Shown: positions 60,847 through 64,000 of the stretch, piece after piece
Position numbering within the stretch: position 1 is the stretch's first letter
Layout: each line of letters opens with the position of its first letter
From: Candidatus Scalinduaceae bacterium
GTDB taxonomy: Bacteria; Planctomycetota; Brocadiia; Brocadiales; Scalinduaceae
Assembly (NCBI GenBank): GCA_046759445.1
Contig: JBHICG010000009.1
Span: 10,927-74,926, forward strand
Reading direction: 5' to 3'
DNA length: 64,000 nucleotides
Made by a program: the position numbers and the translations under genes
The notes under the pieces: generated by a model
What the model was told of the DNA's origin: nothing
What the model saw: only the letters and a program-made list of their open reading frames with translations
Databases searched by the model: none

Positions 60847-62379
60847 CTATCTTAACACTCCAATTTTATTTTCTACTGATGACAGTATTTTTCCATTACG
60901 AACTAACTTACACATCGTCTCAATATCTTGCGAAATTATCCTGTCTTCCTCCATATGAGGAATATGTTCCCTTATCACTCTATAGGCCTCCATAGTTCCA
61001 ATACCAGCCTCGAGGTTTGTGAAGAGGTCAAGAGCCTGTGTCGCACATAACAGTTCAATGGCAATTACATTCTCAACGTTAAATAATACCTGTTTACACT
61101 TTCTTGCTGCAATACTGCCCATACTCACATGATCCTCTTTATTAGCCGAAGTTGGAATTGAGTCAACACTTGCGGGATGTGACAATATTTTATTTTCTGA
61201 AACTAATGAGGCAGCTGTGTATTGCGCAATCATCAATCCTGAATTAAGGCCTGGATTCTTTGTCAAAAATGCTGGCAATCCACTTAAAAGAGGATTTACG
61301 AGCCTTTCTATCCTTCTTTCTGATATATTTGCAATCTCTGATAATGCAATTGTAAGAAAATCCATGGCAAGGGCAATGGGTTGACCATGGAAATTCCCAC
61401 CATTGTTGAAAATCTCTCCTGTATCTGAAAAAATTAAGGGATTGTCGGTAGCGGAGTTCATTTCTGTTTCAATTATATTCCTTACATAACTCAAGGTGTC
61501 TATGGATGCTCCATGTACCTGTGGACAGCACCTTATTGAATACGCATCCTGAATCCTGGAACAGTCCTTGTGGGAAGAAATTATTTCACTATTTTCCGTA
61601 ATTCTTCTCAAATTTTGAGCACTAATATTTTGTCCACTATGAGGTCTTACCCTATGAATATTTTCATTCAATTCTATATTAGAACCCAACAATACCTCAA
61701 GGCTTATTCCTGCTGCAATATCAGCGGTTTTAAGTAACCTAATAGAATCATTTACAACCAGTGCACCAATTCCCGTCATTACCTGTGTCCCATTTATCAA
61801 GGCCAGACCTTCTCCTGCCTCAAGCTCACATAATCTAATACCAGCTTCGCTCATTGCCTGTCTCCCTGGAAGCAATTTGCCCTTATGCATTGCTTTCCCC
61901 TCTCCGATTAAGACCAGGGCCAAATGCGCTAAAGGCGCTAAATCACCACTTGCCCCCACTGAACCCTTTTCAGGAATAATGGGATATATCCCTTTATTCA
62001 ACATCTCTATCAATGTCTTTAAAGTATGAAACTTTACACCGGAATTACCTTTTGCAAGACTATTTATTCTTATAAGCATTATAGCACTAACAACCTCTTC
62101 ATCAAACGCATCACCCACACCTGCAGAATGACTCATAATTATGTTCTTTTGCAACTGCTTTCTCTGATCCCCAGATATAAAGACATCGCTCAATGCCCCA
62201 AAACCTGTTGTTACACCATAAATTACCTTTTTGTCATCAATAGCCTTCTTAATCATTATTTGAGCAGAATCCACCCTATCTTTAACATTTCCACCAAGAC
62301 TTATTTTAACCTTTTTCCTAACTACGGGTTCAACATGAGCAATTTTTAAATTTTCACCATCAACTATTATACTTTTCAT
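60847..62379 (-). CDS. hutH: Histidine ammonia-lyase
   Basis: YGVTTGFG, SH specificity motif (MSHSAGVG), MIO tripeptide GASGDLAPL, QDAYSIRC, GGNFHG, EDHVSMG. Confidence 0.93.
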   Translation of the reverse strand: MKSIIVDGENLKIAHVEPVVRKKVKISLGGNVKDRVDSAQIMIKKAIDDKKVIYGVTTGFGALSDVFISGDQRKQLQKNIIMSHSAGVGDAFDEEVVSAIMLIRINSLAKGNSGVKFHTLKTLIEMLNKGIYPIIPEKGSVGASGDLAPLAHLALVLIGEGKAMHKGKLLPGRQAMSEAGIRLCELEAGEGLALINGTQVMTGIGALVVNDSIRLLKTADIAAGISLEVLLGSNIELNENIHRVRPHSGQNISAQNLRRITENSEIISSHKDCSRIQDAYSIRCCPQVHGASIDTLSYVRNIIETEMNSATDNPLIFSDTGEIFNNGGNFHGQPIALAMDFLTIALSEIANISERRIERLVNPLLSGLPAFLTKNPGLNSGLMIAQYTAASLVSENKILSHPASVDSIPTSANKEDHVSMGSIAARKCKQVLFNVENVIAIELLCATQALDLFTNLEAGIGTMEAYRVIREHIPHMEEDRIISQDIETMCKLVRNGKILSSVENKIGVLR

Positions 62380-63151
62380 TGTATTCTCGATTTTGTAGAC
62401 CTAGCATGACAAATATTTCATCTATCGATGAGCATTTTACAGGGTAATCTATATCCTGCCTTTTTATTACTACTATATCTATTCCTGTTTCCTTTGCAGC
62501 TTGAATCTTTTCTGGCACCCCACCTATCTTACCACTATCTTTTGTAATCAATACATCAATCTTATATTGCTCAATGATTGCCTTATTAAATTCCAGTGAA
62601 AATGGTCCTTGAATGGCAAAGATATTAGAAGATTTAATCCCCATCTTTACACACTGCTCAATATGTTCTGGAACAGGTAATATTCGAACATAGACGTCTT
62701 TTTTATTTTTTAATTTTACAAATTTATCAATGCTAGTAAAACCAGTTGTTAACAATATTCTTTTTTTTTCTGACTTACTACACCACCCTACCGCATCATC
62801 TATACTTTTAACAATGTTTACAAATTTCTGATTTTTAATAATTGTTTCATCTCTCTGGAATCTAATATATTTAACACCGCCTTCTTTACATGCCTTTATT
62901 GCATTAAGGGATGCTTGAGTTGCATATGGATGGGTTGCATCTATCAGTATCTCTACTTTACTATTTCTTATTAGCTGTGAAAGGCCGTTTGTATCAAGCC
63001 TTCCCTGGAGACAAAGATGACCTAAACCCATTTTTTCATATATTTCATATCCATATTCAGTGGCTACCGTTGCAAGCACATTCTTATCTTTATCATACAA
63101 CCTTTTAACTATCTCTCTACTTTCTTCTGTTCCCGACATCACTAATATCAA
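62360..63151 (-). CDS. cbiJ: Precorrin-6A / cobalt-precorrin-6A reductase
   Basis: VATEYG, IDATHPYA, RILP, QGPFS, TKDSG. Confidence 0.93.
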   Translation of the reverse strand: MILVMSGTEESREIVKRLYDKDKNVLATVATEYGYEIYEKMGLGHLCLQGRLDTNGLSQLIRNSKVEILIDATHPYATQASLNAIKACKEGGVKYIRFQRDETIIKNQKFVNIVKSIDDAVGWCSKSEKKRILLTTGFTSIDKFVKLKNKKDVYVRILPVPEHIEQCVKMGIKSSNIFAIQGPFSLEFNKAIIEQYKIDVLITKDSGKIGGVPEKIQAAKETGIDIVVIKRQDIDYPVKCSSIDEIFVMLGLQNREYNEKYNS

Positions 63152-63864
63152 ACTTCATATCCCCTCTTAGTTACCATAAAACTGCCACAAACAAAAGTGT
63201 TGGAATTACCGATAATTACTATTGTAGACATGTCTATTGGATGTGCCATCATTTCTCCAAGACTTGTAATTATTACTGATTGACCCTCACGCATGGCGTT
63301 TTTAACTATGCCAACAGGTGTGTCGGGTGATTTATGTTTTAGTAATATCTCAACTGTCTTTTCTAACTGCCACTTTCTCTCAGAGCTTTTTGGATTATAC
63401 AAGGCAATTACAAAATCACCTTCTGCTGCATATCTTAATCTTTTCTCAATAATATCCCAGGGAGTCAGGAGGTCACTCAAGCTTATGACGGCGTGATCAT
63501 GCATTAATGGAGCTCCTAAAAGCGCTGCTGCTGCATTTTCAGATGGAATTCCTGGAATAACCTCAATGGGAATCTTTTGATTGCATTTTTTTGCAACCTC
63601 TAATATCAATCCCGCCATACCATACACACCAGAGTCACCACTACTTATCACAGAAACAACCTTTCCGAATATCGCCTTTTCTATGGCTAAAGTTGCACGA
63701 TCGATTTCCTTACGCATCCCCGAAGTAATTACGTCTTTACCCTTAATCAAATCAGTTATCAAATTGATATATGTCTTATAGCCGACAATACAGTCGGAGC
63801 CCTTCAAGACCTCAATTGCTCTTATACTTAAATGTTCTGGATTTCCAGGGCCAATTCCTACCAC
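63148..63864 (-). CDS. cbiH: Precorrin-3B C17-methyltransferase
   Basis: VGIGPG, SSGDSGVYGMAG, GAPLMHD, SLSDLLTPW, LYNPKS; start uncertain (see findings). Confidence 0.94.
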   Translation of the reverse strand: MVGIGPGNPEHLSIRAIEVLKGSDCIVGYKTYINLITDLIKGKDVITSGMRKEIDRATLAIEKAIFGKVVSVISSGDSGVYGMAGLILEVAKKCNQKIPIEVIPGIPSENAAAALLGAPLMHDHAVISLSDLLTPWDIIEKRLRYAAEGDFVIALYNPKSSERKWQLEKTVEILLKHKSPDTPVGIVKNAMREGQSVIITSLGEMMAHPIDMSTIVIIGNSNTFVCGSFMVTKRGYEV

Positions 63865-64000
63865 GAAAAGTTTTCCTGTGCTACTGCTATTGTTACTCCT
63901 GGAAATTTTTGTTTCTTTAATATTAATTTGGTCTTTCTCCCCGAGATAAGGGCTGCCGGCTCACAAACACCCCCTACCCCAATCTTCTTTTCCACAAAAT
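63858..64000 (-). CDS. cbiG: Cobalt-precorrin-5A hydrolase, C-terminal fragment
   Basis: Hand translation FVEKKIGVGGVCEPAALIS...KQKFPGVTIAVAQENFSW* matches the CbiG C-terminus; stop at 63858-63860. Confidence 0.85.
   Translation of the reverse strand, partial: FVEKKIGVGGVCEPAALISGRKTKLILKKQKFPGVTIAVAQENFSW

Noticed and set aside
812..63781. Numerous 60-170 aa ORFs antisense to or nested in called genes (e.g. 812-1042, 9736-10188, 12466-12972, 22408-22899)
   Set aside because: Shadow frames of confidently identified genes with no independent evidence.

Overview
This is a gene-dense, AT-rich bacterial chromosomal window. The gene content (squalene-hopene cyclase, stand-alone gcvPB, cobalamin genes, a periplasmic haem-c protein, many palindromic intergenic repeats) would fit an anammox-type Planctomycetota, but that assignment is inference only. 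The left arm (1-14.3 kb) is housekeeping: shc (partial), ogg, gcvPB, a divergent ychF, a LigD phosphoesterase, an acyl-CoA dehydrogenase, two tRNA-Ser, uppP, ubiX, sppA, cysS and a rhodanese. The centre (14.3-46.9 kb) is an almost entirely minus-strand signalling island. It is headed by a sigma54 activator with a candidate -24/-12 promoter and tandem enhancer palindromes. It holds three full histidine kinases with near-identical H-box helices, three kinase-less sensors, a haem-c protein, two paralogous TonB-dependent receptors with periplasmic binding proteins, and an NsrA/CyaK-like pair (FecR-TPR-barrel receptor plus CHASE2 cyclase) whose cyclase lacks catalytic residues. A small protein with a Cys/Trp-rich tail follows. 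The right arm carries a Ggs-like GT2 with glgA, gmd/rfbDCA, a convergently split type II secretion cluster, hutH and cbiJ/cbiH/cbiG. Intergenic DNA is built from nested MITE/REP-like modules. No CRISPR array, rRNA, integrase or transposase was seen. All calls come from motif reading by eye; no database searches were run.
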